Source: an uncultured Actinomycetota bacterium
Lineage (GTDB): Bacteria; Actinomycetota; Actinomycetes; Prado026
DNA: 64,000 nucleotides
Direction: 5' to 3'
Assembly (NCBI GenBank): GCA_963771835.1
Contig: CAVYVA010000001.1
Span: forward strand, 1,077,347 to 1,141,346
Each line of letters opens with the position of its first letter. Positions within the stretch are counted from its first letter, which is position 1. This document shows positions 55,015-64,000 of the stretch, piece by piece. Made by a program: the position numbers and the translations under genes. The notes below the pieces were generated by a model. It did not search any database. It saw only the letters and a list, made by a program, of their open reading frames with translations, and was not told the origin of the DNA.

Positions 55015-55132
55015 GACTCTCCCCCGTCGACCCGGCCGACCACTGGCCGGCCACTGACCGGCCAGGTGGCCGGCGACGGGATCGTGCCTGCTGCGTGCGA
55101 CCTTGTCCAACGACACGCCGACGGCACAGGAC

Positions 55133-55165
55133 GAAGGCCCGGATCGACAGACGACCCGGGCCTTC
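55133..55165 (-). terminator. hairpin immediately 3' (on the minus strand) of the orphan tRNA-Glu 3' fragment
   Basis: GAAGGCCCGG-n13-CCGGGCCTTC, a perfect 10-bp stem. Probably the native terminator of the tRNA-Gln/tRNA-Glu unit, displaced by the islet. Confidence 0.45.
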
Positions 55166-55171
55166 GCTGCC

Positions 55172-55199
55172 GTGGCCCCGACGGGATTCGAACCCGCGC
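55172..55199 (-). repeat. orphan copy of the 3' 28 nt of tRNA-Glu (direct repeat, putative distal att site)
   Basis: 27/28 identical to 57779-57806 (GTgGCCCCGACGGGATTCGAACCCGCGC versus GTaGCC...). No D-arm or anticodon arm can be folded upstream of it. Confidence 0.8.
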
Positions 55200-55413
55200 C
55201 CTGCTACCTGGCTAGCCGGCGACCCTGACTCGCAGCCTTGCCGACTATGCAGGACCAGCCGGCCACCTGGTGTTGTGGCTCGTGAGTGGTTTGCATCCCG
55301 TCAGCAGCTGTTGTCCTGGAGTAGTTCACAACAACGACGCAATCCCCGACGGCGGGGGGCACGGGTAGCCCCCTTGGTGTTCGCCGCCGTGGAGAGCGGG
55401 TCGTGACAGTCTG

Positions 55414-56502
55414 TCAGGACACGGCCCAAGCAGCGGGATAGGCGTCTTCTGAGCCTCCTGCGTAGCCAGTTATCACCCAGATGTGTGCGTCGCCTGGGGT
55501 CAGGATGTCGGTCACCTGGGGATCGATGGCGACCGTTTGAGTGTCGGAGTTGCCGGACAGGATTCCATTGTTGGTGCCCGTGTCTTTCACGACGGGTACC
55601 GGAATGCTGGTTTCCTGACCCGACTTGAGGTCGACGCCGACCAGAGTCTCGGTCATGTAGCCCTGGGTGATCATCCAGACGTCAGCGGCGCCGAGTGCCA
55701 TGGGGAAGGCCCAGCTTGGAGTCGCTGTCCCCTTGTACGCAGTCTGGGATTGTAGGGAAAGGTCGCTCGCCGCAAACCGGCTGATCGTCCCGGGGCTGAC
55801 GATATACACGGTGTCCCCGCCGTGCAGTACGACTGAGTCTTTCGGCACGAGCCAAAGATTTCCGGCCGCCGACTTCGGGCTGCTGTCGGTCGGGAGAACA
55901 TTCAGCGCCACGTGGCCATCCCAGGCTGTCACTCGTGTTCCCAGCGTCGGGACATCGCCGTCGGGCAGAGCGACGGTCGTCCAGACCTGGTCCTGCGGGG
56001 TGAACGAGAAGAGTTGCTGACTGTCGACCACCGCTACCCACAGCGACCCATCGGGGGCAGAGGCGAGGTCGACGGCTCGGCCTCCGCGACCGTCGCCCGC
56101 GTCCTTCCAGGGCCCCTCGTGTGAATCGATCGAGCCGGTCGACGGGTCATAGGAGACCAGGACCGAACCCCAGACGGCCCAGACGACCCCGCCGTGTGTG
56201 GTGACAGCCCCCCGAAGCCAGTCAGAGCCGTCGTCAGAAAGGACTACCGTCTTGCTTTGACCAGTCGCCGGATCGAGGTCATCGAGTACGACTGAGTTGT
56301 TCACGTCTGTACGCGTCAACGCCCAAATGTGACCGGTTGCTGGGTCGAGTGTGGTCGCCCGGAACCCCGCCGGAAGGGTGGTGGAGATCGGCGTCATGGA
56401 TCGCACCTGCGCCGCGGGCGCTTGATCACGTGTCGTGGCGGTCCCACAGCCTGCAAGCAGCAGCGCAACACCCAGCGGAGCCGCCACACGCACGGCCCTC
56501 AT
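55414..56502 (-). CDS. hypothetical lipoprotein, beta-propeller-like repeat architecture
   Basis: ATG at 56502 overlaps the upstream stop (ATGA). Lipobox LLLAGC. About seven recurring blade-like segments are centred on hydrophobic-W motifs (GHIWALT, GVVWAVWG, GSLWVAVV, QVWTTVAL, GNLWLVP, DVWMITQG, AHIWVITG). No family assigned. Confidence 0.7.
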   Translation of the reverse strand: MRAVRVAAPLGVALLLAGCGTATTRDQAPAAQVRSMTPISTTLPAGFRATTLDPATGHIWALTRTDVNNSVVLDDLDPATGQSKTVVLSDDGSDWLRGAVTTHGGVVWAVWGSVLVSYDPSTGSIDSHEGPWKDAGDGRGGRAVDLASAPDGSLWVAVVDSQQLFSFTPQDQVWTTVALPDGDVPTLGTRVTAWDGHVALNVLPTDSSPKSAAGNLWLVPKDSVVLHGGDTVYIVSPGTISRFAASDLSLQSQTAYKGTATPSWAFPMALGAADVWMITQGYMTETLVGVDLKSGQETSIPVPVVKDTGTNNGILSGNSDTQTVAIDPQVTDILTPGDAHIWVITGYAGGSEDAYPAAWAVS

Positions 56503-57323
56503 CGCACAGCCCCGTAGGTCTGGAAGTGCCTGTGGTCGCCCGTTACGTAGGGCGAGTAAGCGAAGTCAGGACGGTTCTGAACAATCGCAGTCGTAACTCC
56601 GGCGCTCCAGTCCGCCCAGCCGCTGGCGCCGTGCAGGCGCATCGTCTGGTTTGTATTCGGCGTCGCTGAACCGAAGTTCGACATCGGCATACCCATGTAC
56701 CCGCTGGGACCGCTCCATGTCTCGTTGGCTGCGGCCATGAACCCGGAGATCGGGTAGACCACACACGACGAGTCCGTGAGCGTGCTGTTGTTGTAGTACG
56801 TCAGCCAACAGTTGTCAGAGGACGAGTATTGGATCCGATACGTCACAAGGCCGCTCAGACCCAATGATCCCATGTGCTTGATGAAGTAGAAGCCGTTGGG
56901 CTCGAGCTGCTCAAAGTAGAGCAGGTACTGGTTGTACGAGTAAATGCAGTTGATATCGAAGGTGCAGTTGCTGATTGTGTGGCCTCGGGTCACGAGGCCA
57001 CTAGCCCATCCGATCTGCAGCCAGGCGCTGTTCGCCGTGTTGAAGTTCGCATCCACGTACCCAATCGAATGCGCGTCGTTGTTGATCGGGATCGGCGCCA
57101 ACTGCGGCGGTGTCTGGATCTGGCCGTCAACACCGTTGTAGCCGTAGTACGGGTTCGAGTCGCCAGGGCAGACCACGGCTCCGCTGGTACTGGCAGTCAG
57201 TTGAGCCGAGTAGCCGTACCCGCCACACGGGCCAGACGCGCTCGCCACACCATTTCCGAAGCCGACCAAGGCAACGCCGACACAGCACGCGATGGCAACG
57301 CTAGTCAGGCGCCGAAATGCCAT
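56499..57323 (-). CDS. hypothetical secreted Cys-rich protein, 274 aa
   Basis: ATG at 57323. Signal peptide MAFRRLTSVAIACCVGVALVGFGNGVASA. The mature part is rich in Tyr/Asn/Ser/Gly with 8 Cys. About 52% GC. No family assigned. Confidence 0.7.
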   Translation of the reverse strand: MAFRRLTSVAIACCVGVALVGFGNGVASASGPCGGYGYSAQLTASTSGAVVCPGDSNPYYGYNGVDGQIQTPPQLAPIPINNDAHSIGYVDANFNTANSAWLQIGWASGLVTRGHTISNCTFDINCIYSYNQYLLYFEQLEPNGFYFIKHMGSLGLSGLVTYRIQYSSSDNCWLTYYNNSTLTDSSCVVYPISGFMAAANETWSGPSGYMGMPMSNFGSATPNTNQTMRLHGASGWADWSAGVTTAIVQNRPDFAYSPYVTGDHRHFQTYGAVR

Positions 57324-57742
57324 GGGGTCCCCCTTCTGGGCGCAACGTACTCAGGGCGAAGAGCGACAGGCAATCCTGAAGTTCATTCCGGTGTCGCGCG
57401 CCAGCGACTTCGTACACACAGTCCCCCACACGTTGAGCCGGAGTGAGTGAACTGCTAGGCCACGGGGTGACTGGGGGGTGGCCAGAAATGTTCCGATGAG
57501 CTGGTCGGCCGTGAGGGTCGGGGCGCCCAGCTCGACGAAGCGCAACGAGCGAGAGTACGGCTGAGTCGGCAAGGACGATCGCGCCGACGGCGGGGGGCCG
57601 ATGGGTTACACAGCGAGTCCCTGGTTGTGCAGCCCTATCACTGTGGGGTATCGGCAGGCATCGCCTGCTACCAAGCCGTATCGATCTTTACCACGTCGTC
57701 CGTGGTCAAAGTGCGGTCAAGATCGTTTGTGGCCGGGCCAAT

Positions 57743-57777
57743 GGCAAAGGCCCAGGTCGCTGACCTGGGCCTTTGCC
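57743..57777 (-). terminator. perfect 15-bp hairpin directly 3' of tRNA-Glu
   Basis: GGCAAAGGCCCAGGT-cgctg-ACCTGGGCCTTTGCC starts 3 nt after the tRNA 3' end on the minus strand. No U-tract follows. Confidence 0.5.
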
Positions 57778-57779
57778 AG

Positions 57780-57852
57780 TAGCCCCGACGGGATTCGAAC
57801 CCGCGCTACCGCCTTGAGAGGGCGGCGTGCTAGGCCGCTACACAACGGGGCC
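57780..57852 (-). tRNA. tRNA-Glu (anticodon CUC)
   Basis: Hand-folded cloverleaf. Acceptor GGCCCCG/CGGGGCT (G1-U72 wobble), D-stem GTGT/GCAC, anticodon stem CCGCC/GGCGG with loop CT-CTC-AA, and T-arm GCGGG-TTCGAAT-CCCGT. No encoded CCA. Confidence 0.85.
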
Positions 57853-57897
57853 GGACAGGCTCGGTACGCACCGGAGTCCCGGGACCCACCGAACGCG

Positions 57898-57969
57898 CTG
57901 GGGTACCAGGACTCGAACCTAGACTAACGGAGCCAGAATCCGTCGGGCTGCCAATTACCCCATACCCCA
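57898..57969 (-). tRNA. tRNA-Gln (anticodon CUG)
   Basis: Hand-folded cloverleaf. Acceptor TGGGGTA/TACCCCA (U1-A72), D-stem GGGT/GCCC, anticodon stem ACGGA/TCCGT with loop TT-CTG-GC, T-arm CTAGG-TTCGAGT-CCTGG, and discriminator G. Confidence 0.85.
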
Positions 57970-58055
57970 TGGGATGCACGCGGGTGGCCGAAGCTCCCGA
58001 GCACTGAAGAGCAAGAGGCGAGGCTACCCGATCGGCGCTGGCCGGGCCAAAGCGG

Positions 58056-59567
58056 TCAGCCGGCGAGCCGCGACAGCAGCGCCCGGACCCGCGCGACGGA
58101 CTGATCCGCCCCCAGCAGCTCCATCGACTCGAACAGCGGCGGCGACACGCGCCGGCCGGTGACTGCCACCCGGACCGGCGTGAAGGCGTTCTTCGGCTTC
58201 AGCCCGAGGTGGTCCACGAGCGCGGCCCGCAGCGCCGCCTCGATCCCGTCGTGGGTCCAGGCGGGGACCCGGGCAAGGTCCTCGAGTGCGGCCAGCGCGG
58301 CGGCCAGCACCCGCTCCGCGTCCGCCCCCAGCCCGGCGACCGCCTCGTCCTCGACCGCGAACGCCGCCGGGTCGACCACCAGGAAGCCGAGCATCCCGGG
58401 GGCCTCCTCCAGCACGGTCATCCGCTGCTGCACCAACGGTGCCGCGGCGAGCAGCAACGCACGCTGCTGCTCGCTGGGAGCGGCCGGTGCCTGCGGCAGC
58501 GCGCCGGACCGCTGCAGGAACGGGACGACCCGCGCGGCCAGGTCGGCCGGGTCCAGCGCGCGCAGGTGCACGGCGTTGATCGCCTCGGCCTTCTTCAGGT
58601 CGAACCGCGCGGGGTTCGCGCTGACCCGGGCCAGGTCGAACGCCGCAGCCATCTGCGCCATCGTGAAGATCTCCCGGTCCTCGCCCATGGACCAGCCCAG
58701 CAGAGCCAGGTAGTTGAGCAGCCCTTCGGGCAGGAACCCGCGCTCGCGGTAGAGCCCCAGCGAGGACGCCGGGTCGCGCTTGCTCAGCTTCTTGTTCCCC
58801 TCGCCCATGACGTAGGGGAGGTGGCCGAACCGCGGCGTCCCGTCGGCGACACCGATCGCCTGCAGCGCCTCGTACATCGCCAGCTGGCGCGGGGTGGAGG
58901 AGAGCAGGTCCTCGCCGCGCAGCACGTGCGTGATGCGCATCAGCGCGTCGTCGACGGGGTTGACCAGCGTGTAGAGCGGCTCGCCGTTGCCGCGCACGAT
59001 CACGAAGTCGGGGACGTGCTCGTGCGCGAACCCGATCGGCCCGCGCACCAGGTCGTCCCAGTGCCAGTCGCGGTCCGGCATCCGGACCCGCAGCACCGGG
59101 AGCCGGCCGTCGGCGCGCAGCTTCGCCTTCTCGTCGTCGGTCAGGTGACGGTCGGCGTTGTCGTACCCCAGCTTCGGGTCCTGCCCGGCGGCAGTGCGCC
59201 GCGCGGCGACCTCCTCCGGGGTGGAGAACGACTCGTACGCGAAGCCGGCCTCGACCAGCCGCGCGGCGACGTCGGCGTAGACGTCGAGCCGCTCGGACTG
59301 CCGGTACGGCGCGTACGGGCCGCCGACCTCCGGCCCTTCGTCCCAGTCCAGCCCCAGCCACCGCAGCGCCTCGAGCAGCTGGCCGTAGCTGTCCTCGCTG
59401 TCCCGGGCGGAGTCCGTGTCCTCGATCCGGAAGACGAAGGTGCCGCCGGTGCGTCGGGCGTACGCCCAGTTGAACAGGGCGGTCCGGACCATGCCGACGT
59501 GCGGGTTGCCGGTCGGCGACGGGCAGAACCGCACCCGCACCGTGCCGGGCGACGCCTCGACGCTCAT
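58056..59567 (-). CDS. gltX: glutamate--tRNA ligase
   Basis: Intact 503 aa. [21 protein letters not shown] (HIGH region) and KLSKR (KMSKS). Followed by tRNA-Gln and tRNA-Glu on the same strand. Confidence 0.95.
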   Translation of the reverse strand: MSVEASPGTVRVRFCPSPTGNPHVGMVRTALFNWAYARRTGGTFVFRIEDTDSARDSEDSYGQLLEALRWLGLDWDEGPEVGGPYAPYRQSERLDVYADVAARLVEAGFAYESFSTPEEVAARRTAAGQDPKLGYDNADRHLTDDEKAKLRADGRLPVLRVRMPDRDWHWDDLVRGPIGFAHEHVPDFVIVRGNGEPLYTLVNPVDDALMRITHVLRGEDLLSSTPRQLAMYEALQAIGVADGTPRFGHLPYVMGEGNKKLSKRDPASSLGLYRERGFLPEGLLNYLALLGWSMGEDREIFTMAQMAAAFDLARVSANPARFDLKKAEAINAVHLRALDPADLAARVVPFLQRSGALPQAPAAPSEQQRALLLAAAPLVQQRMTVLEEAPGMLGFLVVDPAAFAVEDEAVAGLGADAERVLAAALAALEDLARVPAWTHDGIEAALRAALVDHLGLKPKNAFTPVRVAVTGRRVSPPLFESMELLGADQSVARVRALLSRLAG

Positions 59568-60352
59568 GCCACCACCGGGTTCCGCAGGGTGCCGATGCCC
59601 TCGATGCGGACCTCGACCGTGTCGCCGTCGACGATCGGACCGACCCCGGCGGGCGTGCCGGTCAGCAGGATGTCACCGGGGAGCAGGGTCATGACCGCGC
59701 TGGCGTACGAGACGAGCTCGGCGACCGAGTGCAGCATGTCGCGGGTGCGACCCTGCTGGCGCAGCCCGCCGTTCACCCGGCACTCGACGGCGAGGTCGCC
59801 GGGGTCCAGCTCGGTCTCGATCCACGGTCCGAGCGGGCAGAAGGTGTCGAACCCCTTGGCCCTGGCCCACTGTCCGTCCGATCGCTGCAGGTCGCGCGCG
59901 GTGACGTCGTTCCCGCAGGTGTAGCCGAGCACCGCCTCCATCGCCCGCTCGATCGGCAGCTCCCGGACGAGCCGGCCGATGACGACGGCGAGCTCGGCCT
60001 CGTGGTGCACCTCGGCGCTGAGCGCGGGCAGCCGGACGTTGTCGTCCGGCCCGACCACCGACGTGGAGGGCTTGAGGAACACCACCGGGTCGGCCGGCGC
60101 CTCGCCGCCCATCTCCCGCGCGTGGTCCGCGTAGTTCTTGCCGATGCCCAGCACCTTGCTCGGCACCACCGGGGCGAGCAGACGGACCTCGCCGAGCGGG
60201 AACCGGGCGGCGGACAGCTCGAACGGACCGAACGGGTGCCCGTCGATCGCGGTGACGTGGGCGGCGTCGGCACTGCCGGGCGCGGCCGCGGGGTCGCCCT
60301 CGACGACCCCGAAGGCGATCTGGTCGGCGACCGAGAAACGGGCGATGCGCAC
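59564..60352 (-). CDS. fumarylacetoacetate hydrolase family protein
   Basis: GTG at 60352. [28 protein letters not shown] and TPAGVGP. The stop overlaps the gltX ATG (ATGA). Confidence 0.88.
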   Translation of the reverse strand: MRIARFSVADQIAFGVVEGDPAAAPGSADAAHVTAIDGHPFGPFELSAARFPLGEVRLLAPVVPSKVLGIGKNYADHAREMGGEAPADPVVFLKPSTSVVGPDDNVRLPALSAEVHHEAELAVVIGRLVRELPIERAMEAVLGYTCGNDVTARDLQRSDGQWARAKGFDTFCPLGPWIETELDPGDLAVECRVNGGLRQQGRTRDMLHSVAELVSYASAVMTLLPGDILLTGTPAGVGPIVDGDTVEVRIEGIGTLRNPVVA

Positions 60353-60362
60353 GGGCGTCAGG

Positions 60363-61973
60363 CTACCCGGCGGCGTCCGGCGCCCCGGCGTCCCGTCCGG
60401 CGCGCAGCAGCCCGTACGCGACGGCGTCCTCCAGCGCCATCCAGGAGGCGGCGATGACGTTCTCGTGGACGCCGACGGTGTCCCACTCGCTCTCCCCGTC
60501 GGAGGTCTCGACCAGCACCCGGGTGATCGCGCTGGTGCCCTGCGACCCCTCCAGGATCCGGACCTTGTAGTCGACCAGCTCGAGCCGGTCCAGCTCGGGG
60601 AAGCTGTTCTTGAGCGCCTGCCGCAAGGCCTGGTCCAGCGCGTTGACCGGACCGTTGCCCTCACCGGTCGCGACGATCCGCTGCCCGCCGGCGTGCACCT
60701 TCACCGTCGCCTCGCTGCGCACCACGCCGTCGGGTCCCTGCTCGACGATCGCCCGCCACGACTCCACCGTGAAGTGGCGCAGCCGGCGGCCGGTGACCTC
60801 GTCGCGCAGCAGCAGCTCGAACGACGCGTCGGCGGCCTCGAAGGTGAACCCGCGGGCCTCCATCTCCTTCACCCGGTCGACGACCCTGGACAGCGCCTCG
60901 CGGTCGTGCCCCAGCTCGTAGCCGAGCTCGCGGCCCTTGAGCTCGATGCTGGCCCGGCCGGCCATGTCGGACACCAGCATCCGGGTGTCGTTGCCGACCC
61001 GGGCCGGGTCGACGTGCTGGTACAGCATCGGGTCGACCTTGACCGCGCTCGCGTGCAGCCCCGCCTTGTGGGCGAAGGCCGACAGGCCGACGTACGGCTG
61101 GTGCTGGTTCGGCGACACGTTGGTGACCTCGGAGACCGCGTGCGCGATCCGGGTCAGCTCGCCGAGGGCGCCCTCCGGGACGACCGTGCGGCCCTTCTTG
61201 AGCTGCAGGTTCGCGACGACGCTGAACAGGTTCGCGTTGCCGGACCGCTCTCCGTAGCCGTTGGCCGTGCCCTGGACGTGCGTGACGCCGGCGTCCACCG
61301 CGGCGAGCGTGTTGGCCACGGCGCACGCGGTGTCGTCGTGGCAGTGGATGCCGAGCCGGGCCGAGGTGGCGGCGAGCACCTCCGCGACGACGTCGGCCAG
61401 CTCCGTCGGCAGCATGCCGCCGTTGGTGTCGCACAGCGCGACGACGTCGGCCCCGGCCGCGGCCGCGGTGCGGACGACCTCCAGCGCGTACGCGGGGTCG
61501 GAGCGGTACCCGTCGAAGAAGTGCTCCGCGTCGAGGAAGACCCGCTGCCCGGCGCCCACCAGGTGCTCGACCGTGTCGCGGATCATCGCGAGGTTCTCCT
61601 CGAGCGTGGTGCGCAGCGCCAGTTCCACGTGCCGGTCGTACGCCTTCGCGACCAGCGTCACCACGGACGCGCCGCTGTCTCGCAGCGCGCCCACCATCGG
61701 GTCGTCGGCCGCCTTCGCGCCGGGGCGGCGGGTGGATCCGAAAGCGGTCAGCGTCGCGTGCTTGAGGTCCAGCTCGGTGCGCGCCCTGGCGAAGAACTCG
61801 GTGTCCTTGGGGTTCGCCCCCGGCCAGCCGCCCTCGATGAAGCCGACCCCGAGCTCGTCCAGGTGCCGGGCGATCGTCAGCTTGTCGGCGACGGTCAGGT
61901 TGAGGCCCTCCTGCTGCGCACCGTCGCGCAGGGTGGTGTCGTAGACGTGGAAGGCGTCGTCCACGGCCGGCAT
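60363..61973 (-). CDS. cimA: citramalate synthase (LeuA/CimA family, LeuA_allo type)
   Basis: ATG at 61973. FHVYDTTLRDGAQQEGL, HCHDDTACAVANTLAAV, and a C-terminal LeuA-dimer regulatory domain. 536 aa. Confidence 0.85.
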   Translation of the reverse strand: MPAVDDAFHVYDTTLRDGAQQEGLNLTVADKLTIARHLDELGVGFIEGGWPGANPKDTEFFARARTELDLKHATLTAFGSTRRPGAKAADDPMVGALRDSGASVVTLVAKAYDRHVELALRTTLEENLAMIRDTVEHLVGAGQRVFLDAEHFFDGYRSDPAYALEVVRTAAAAGADVVALCDTNGGMLPTELADVVAEVLAATSARLGIHCHDDTACAVANTLAAVDAGVTHVQGTANGYGERSGNANLFSVVANLQLKKGRTVVPEGALGELTRIAHAVSEVTNVSPNQHQPYVGLSAFAHKAGLHASAVKVDPMLYQHVDPARVGNDTRMLVSDMAGRASIELKGRELGYELGHDREALSRVVDRVKEMEARGFTFEAADASFELLLRDEVTGRRLRHFTVESWRAIVEQGPDGVVRSEATVKVHAGGQRIVATGEGNGPVNALDQALRQALKNSFPELDRLELVDYKVRILEGSQGTSAITRVLVETSDGESEWDTVGVHENVIAASWMALEDAVAYGLLRAGRDAGAPDAAG

Positions 61974-62004
61974 GGCTGCTCCCTGGAATCCCTGGAAATG
62001 ACGA

Positions 62005-62030
62005 AGGCCCCCCACGGTCGTGGGAGGCCT
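62005..62030 (-). terminator. strand-specific hairpin between ilvE and cimA (terminator or attenuator)
   Basis: The minus-strand RNA AGGCCUCCCAC-gacc-GUGGGGGGCCU forms 11 bp with one G-U, followed by UCGUCAUUUCC. On the plus strand the same position is a C-A mismatch. It lies 32 nt upstream of the cimA ATG. Confidence 0.45.
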
Positions 62031-62157
62031 GCGCGTCGGGACGGGGTCCCGGCGCGCGCTAGGTAATGACGCTGCAGTACGCGGTGCGGTGCACGCTCCG
62101 ATTGTCGCACACGTCCAGCGGTCGGGACAGCCCGTCCGTCATCCGGACCGGCCGGGC

Positions 62158-63291
62158 TCAACCGGCCAGCGGGTGCACCCAGCCGTGCCGGTCGGGGGCC
62201 ACGCCGGTCTGGATGTCCAGCAGGGCCTGGCGCAGCCGAGCGGTGACCGGCCCGGTCCCGCCGTCCCCGACCGTCCACTCGTGCTCGGTGGAGCGGACCG
62301 CGCCGACCGGGGTGATCACCGCAGCGGTCCCGCAGGCGAAGACCTCGGTGAGCTCGCCGCTGGCGTTGCCCTCCCGCCACTCGTCCGTGGACACCCGACC
62401 GGCCCCGGAGACGTACCCCAGGTCGCCGGCGAGCGTGAGCAGCGAGTCGCGGGTCACTCCGGCCAGCAGGCTGCCGGTCAGCTCGGGGGTGACCAGCCGG
62501 GCGTCCGCGCCGGACCCGTAGACGAAGTAGAGGTTCATGCCCCCCATCTCCTCCACGTACCGGTGCTCGACGGCGTCCAGCCACACGACCTGGTCGCAGC
62601 CGCGCTCGGCGGCCTGGGCCTGGGCCACCAGCGAGGCCGCGTAGTTGCCGGCGCACTTGGCCTCGCCGGTCCCGCCCGGCGCGGCCCGGGTGTAGTCCTC
62701 GGACAGCCAGACGGTCACCGGCTTGACCCCGCGCGGGAAGTACGAACCCGCGGGCGACGCGATCAGCACGAACAGGTACGACGAGGACGGACGCACGCCG
62801 AGGCCGACCTCGGTGGAGAACATCAACGGGCGCAGGTACAGCGAGCGCTCGGCGCCGGACGGCACCCAGTCCGCGTCCTGCGCGACCAGCGCCTGGATCG
62901 AGGCCAGGAACAGCTCCTCGGGAAGCTCGGGCATCGCCAGGCGCCGGGCGGAGCGCTGGAAGCGCAGCGCGTTCTGCTCCGGACGGAAGGTCGCGATGGA
63001 CCCGTCGGGCTGGCGGTAGGCCTTGAGCCCTTCGAAGATCGCCTGCCCGTAGTGCAGCACCATGACAGCCGGGTCCAGCGAGACCGGGGCGTACGGCACC
63101 AGCTGGGCGTCGTGCCAGCCGCGCCCGGTCTCCCAGGCGATCGTGACCATGTGGTCGGTGAAGAACCGGCCGAACCCCGGGTCGGCCAGCCGGGCCTCGC
63201 GCTCGGCCGCGGCCAGCGGGGTGCTGGTGGGCTTGAGCGCGATCAGCGTGGTCGGGTCGGTACGCCGGTCGGTTGCGGTCTGCTCGGTCAT
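62158..63291 (-). CDS. ilvE: branched-chain amino acid aminotransferase
   Basis: Intact 377 aa. [35 protein letters not shown] and [11 protein letters not shown]. Confidence 0.95.
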   Translation of the reverse strand: MTEQTATDRRTDPTTLIALKPTSTPLAAAEREARLADPGFGRFFTDHMVTIAWETGRGWHDAQLVPYAPVSLDPAVMVLHYGQAIFEGLKAYRQPDGSIATFRPEQNALRFQRSARRLAMPELPEELFLASIQALVAQDADWVPSGAERSLYLRPLMFSTEVGLGVRPSSSYLFVLIASPAGSYFPRGVKPVTVWLSEDYTRAAPGGTGEAKCAGNYAASLVAQAQAAERGCDQVVWLDAVEHRYVEEMGGMNLYFVYGSGADARLVTPELTGSLLAGVTRDSLLTLAGDLGYVSGAGRVSTDEWREGNASGELTEVFACGTAAVITPVGAVRSTEHEWTVGDGGTGPVTARLRQALLDIQTGVAPDRHGWVHPLAG

Positions 63292-63370
63292 CGGTGCTCG
63301 GTCCTCGCCTCGTCGTGTGACACCACGGTAGCCAGCCGGTCGGGCAGGCGTCAGCCCGCCCCGCGCTCGG

Positions 63371-64000
63371 TCAGCCCGACACGCGGGCTGCGAGCGCGTC
63401 GCCTACCTGGGCGGTGCTGCGGGCGCCGGTGCCGGCCCGCTCCGCCAGGTCGGCGGCGACCGCGGCGTTCACCTGCGCGGCGGCCCCCGGCAGGCCCACG
63501 TGGTCCAGCAGCATCGCGACCGAGAGCACCGTGGCCGTCGGGTCCGCCTTGCCCTGGCCGGCGATGTCCGGCGCCGAGCCGTGCACCGGCTCGAACATGC
63601 CCGGGTTGGTCCCGCTCACGTCCAGGTTGCCGCTGGCGGCCAGCCCGATGCCACCGGCGATGGCCGCGCCCAGGTCGGTGAGGATGTCCCCGAAGAGGTT
63701 GTCGGTGACCACGACGTCGAATCGCTGCGGCTGGGTGACGAAGAACATCGACGCGGCGTCGACGTGCAGGTACTCGGTCCGCACGTCCGGGAACTCGGTG
63801 CCGACCTCGGCGAACGTCCTGGTCCACAGGTCTCCGGCGTGCGTGAGCACGTTGTTCTTGTGCACCAGGGTCAGCAGGTGCCGGGGGCGGGCCGCGGCGC
63901 GGCCGAACGCGTCCCGGACCACGCGCTCCACGCCGTACCGGGTGTTCAGGCTCTCCTCGGTCGCGATCTCGTGCGGCGTGCCGCGGCGCAGGAAGCCGCC
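63371..64000 (-). CDS. leuB: 3-isopropylmalate dehydrogenase, C-terminal ~210 codons (gene runs off the right edge)
   Basis: [22 protein letters not shown] and [22 protein letters not shown]. The frame stays open to the window end. Confidence 0.92.
   Translation of the reverse strand, partial: GGFLRRGTPHEIATEESLNTRYGVERVVRDAFGRAAARPRHLLTLVHKNNVLTHAGDLWTRTFAEVGTEFPDVRTEYLHVDAASMFFVTQPQRFDVVVTDNLFGDILTDLGAAIAGGIGLAASGNLDVSGTNPGMFEPVHGSAPDIAGQGKADPTATVLSVAMLLDHVGLPGAAAQVNAAVAADLAERAGTGARSTAQVGDALAARVSG

Larger units (their letters stand above)
55172..57806. mobile_element. 2.6-kb low-GC genomic islet integrated at the 3' end of tRNA-Glu; no intact integrase (remnant)
   Basis: Flanked by the 28-nt direct repeat. 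Hand-counted 60-nt lines at 55801, 56881 and 56941 give 52-55% G+C, versus 73% at 58081. It carries two coupled secreted-protein genes. Confidence 0.65.

Noticed and set aside
55172-55260. The sequence ending in GGTTCGAATCCCGTCGGGGCCA as a third tRNA gene, or as a tmRNA 3' end.
   Set aside because: I tried all registers upstream and found no anticodon stem-loop, no D-arm, and no 5' strand complementary to CGGGGCC. There is not enough room before the next CDS for a tmRNA, and the acceptor is not the tRNA-Ala-like GGGGCUG. It is a 28-nt fragment.
57351-57572. A 73-aa ORF in the islet next to tRNA-Glu as a tyrosine-integrase remnant (GLAVHSLRLNVWGT resembles the H-x-L-R-H-x-x-x-T box; SLRFVELGAPTLTADQ resembles the LRWxDVDL region).
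   Set aside because: The two pseudo-motifs are only ~35 residues apart instead of ~90-100, and no catalytic Tyr region follows. The similarity is by eye only. It is worth a profile search but is not supportable as a feature.
62059-62142. A 27-codon uORF (MTDGLSRPLDVCDNRSVHRTAYCSVIT) upstream of the ilvE-cimA hairpin as an attenuation leader peptide.
   Set aside because: It has no run of Ile/Leu/Val regulatory codons, no obvious ribosome-binding site, and no alternative antiterminator pairing that I could find.

Overview
This is a high-GC Actinomycetota chromosome segment (about 73% G+C in hand-counted lines). It is almost fully coding and mostly on the minus strand. The gene order follows the conserved actinobacterial backbone known from the mycobacterial Rv2894c-Rv2995c region: xerC-dprA-comM-yraN-rnhB-lepB-rplS-trmD-rimM-rpsP-ffh-glnD-PII-amt-ftsY-smc-acyP-fpg-rnc-rpmF ... 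coaD-rsmD-recG-rpmB-thiL-ddl-gpsA-plsC-fbiD-hupB-leuDC ... tRNA-Glu/tRNA-Gln-gltX-cimA-ilvE-leuB. Five accessory blocks interrupt that backbone. (i) Two tandem NUDIX genes lie at 4.5-5.6 kb. (ii) A HutR-like IclR regulator plus hutH-hutU-M20-hutF-hutI lies at 15.1-23.1 kb. (iii) An unrecognisable pair, a 593-aa six-TM protein and a 118-aa acidic protein, lies at 23.2-25.3 kb. (iv) A DDAH-like gene, a NarL-type two-component system, a secreted protein built from 13-aa His/Asp-rich repeats, and a lipoprotein lie at 51.0-55.0 kb. (v) A 2.6-kb low-GC islet (55.2-57.8 kb) is bounded by a 28-nt duplication of the tRNA-Glu 3' end and carries a translationally coupled secreted Cys-rich protein and a beta-propeller-like lipoprotein. 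Blocks iii, iv and v are my best candidates for undescribed biology, but I cannot name a function for any of them from sequence alone. The dominant technical feature is about 30-35 single-base reading-frame breaks in about 19 genes, including ffh, trmD, smc, lepB and glnD. These look like assembly or base-calling indels rather than real pseudogenes. Coordinates of broken genes are therefore my hand reconstructions across frames. No CRISPR array, rRNA, transposase or intact integrase was seen.
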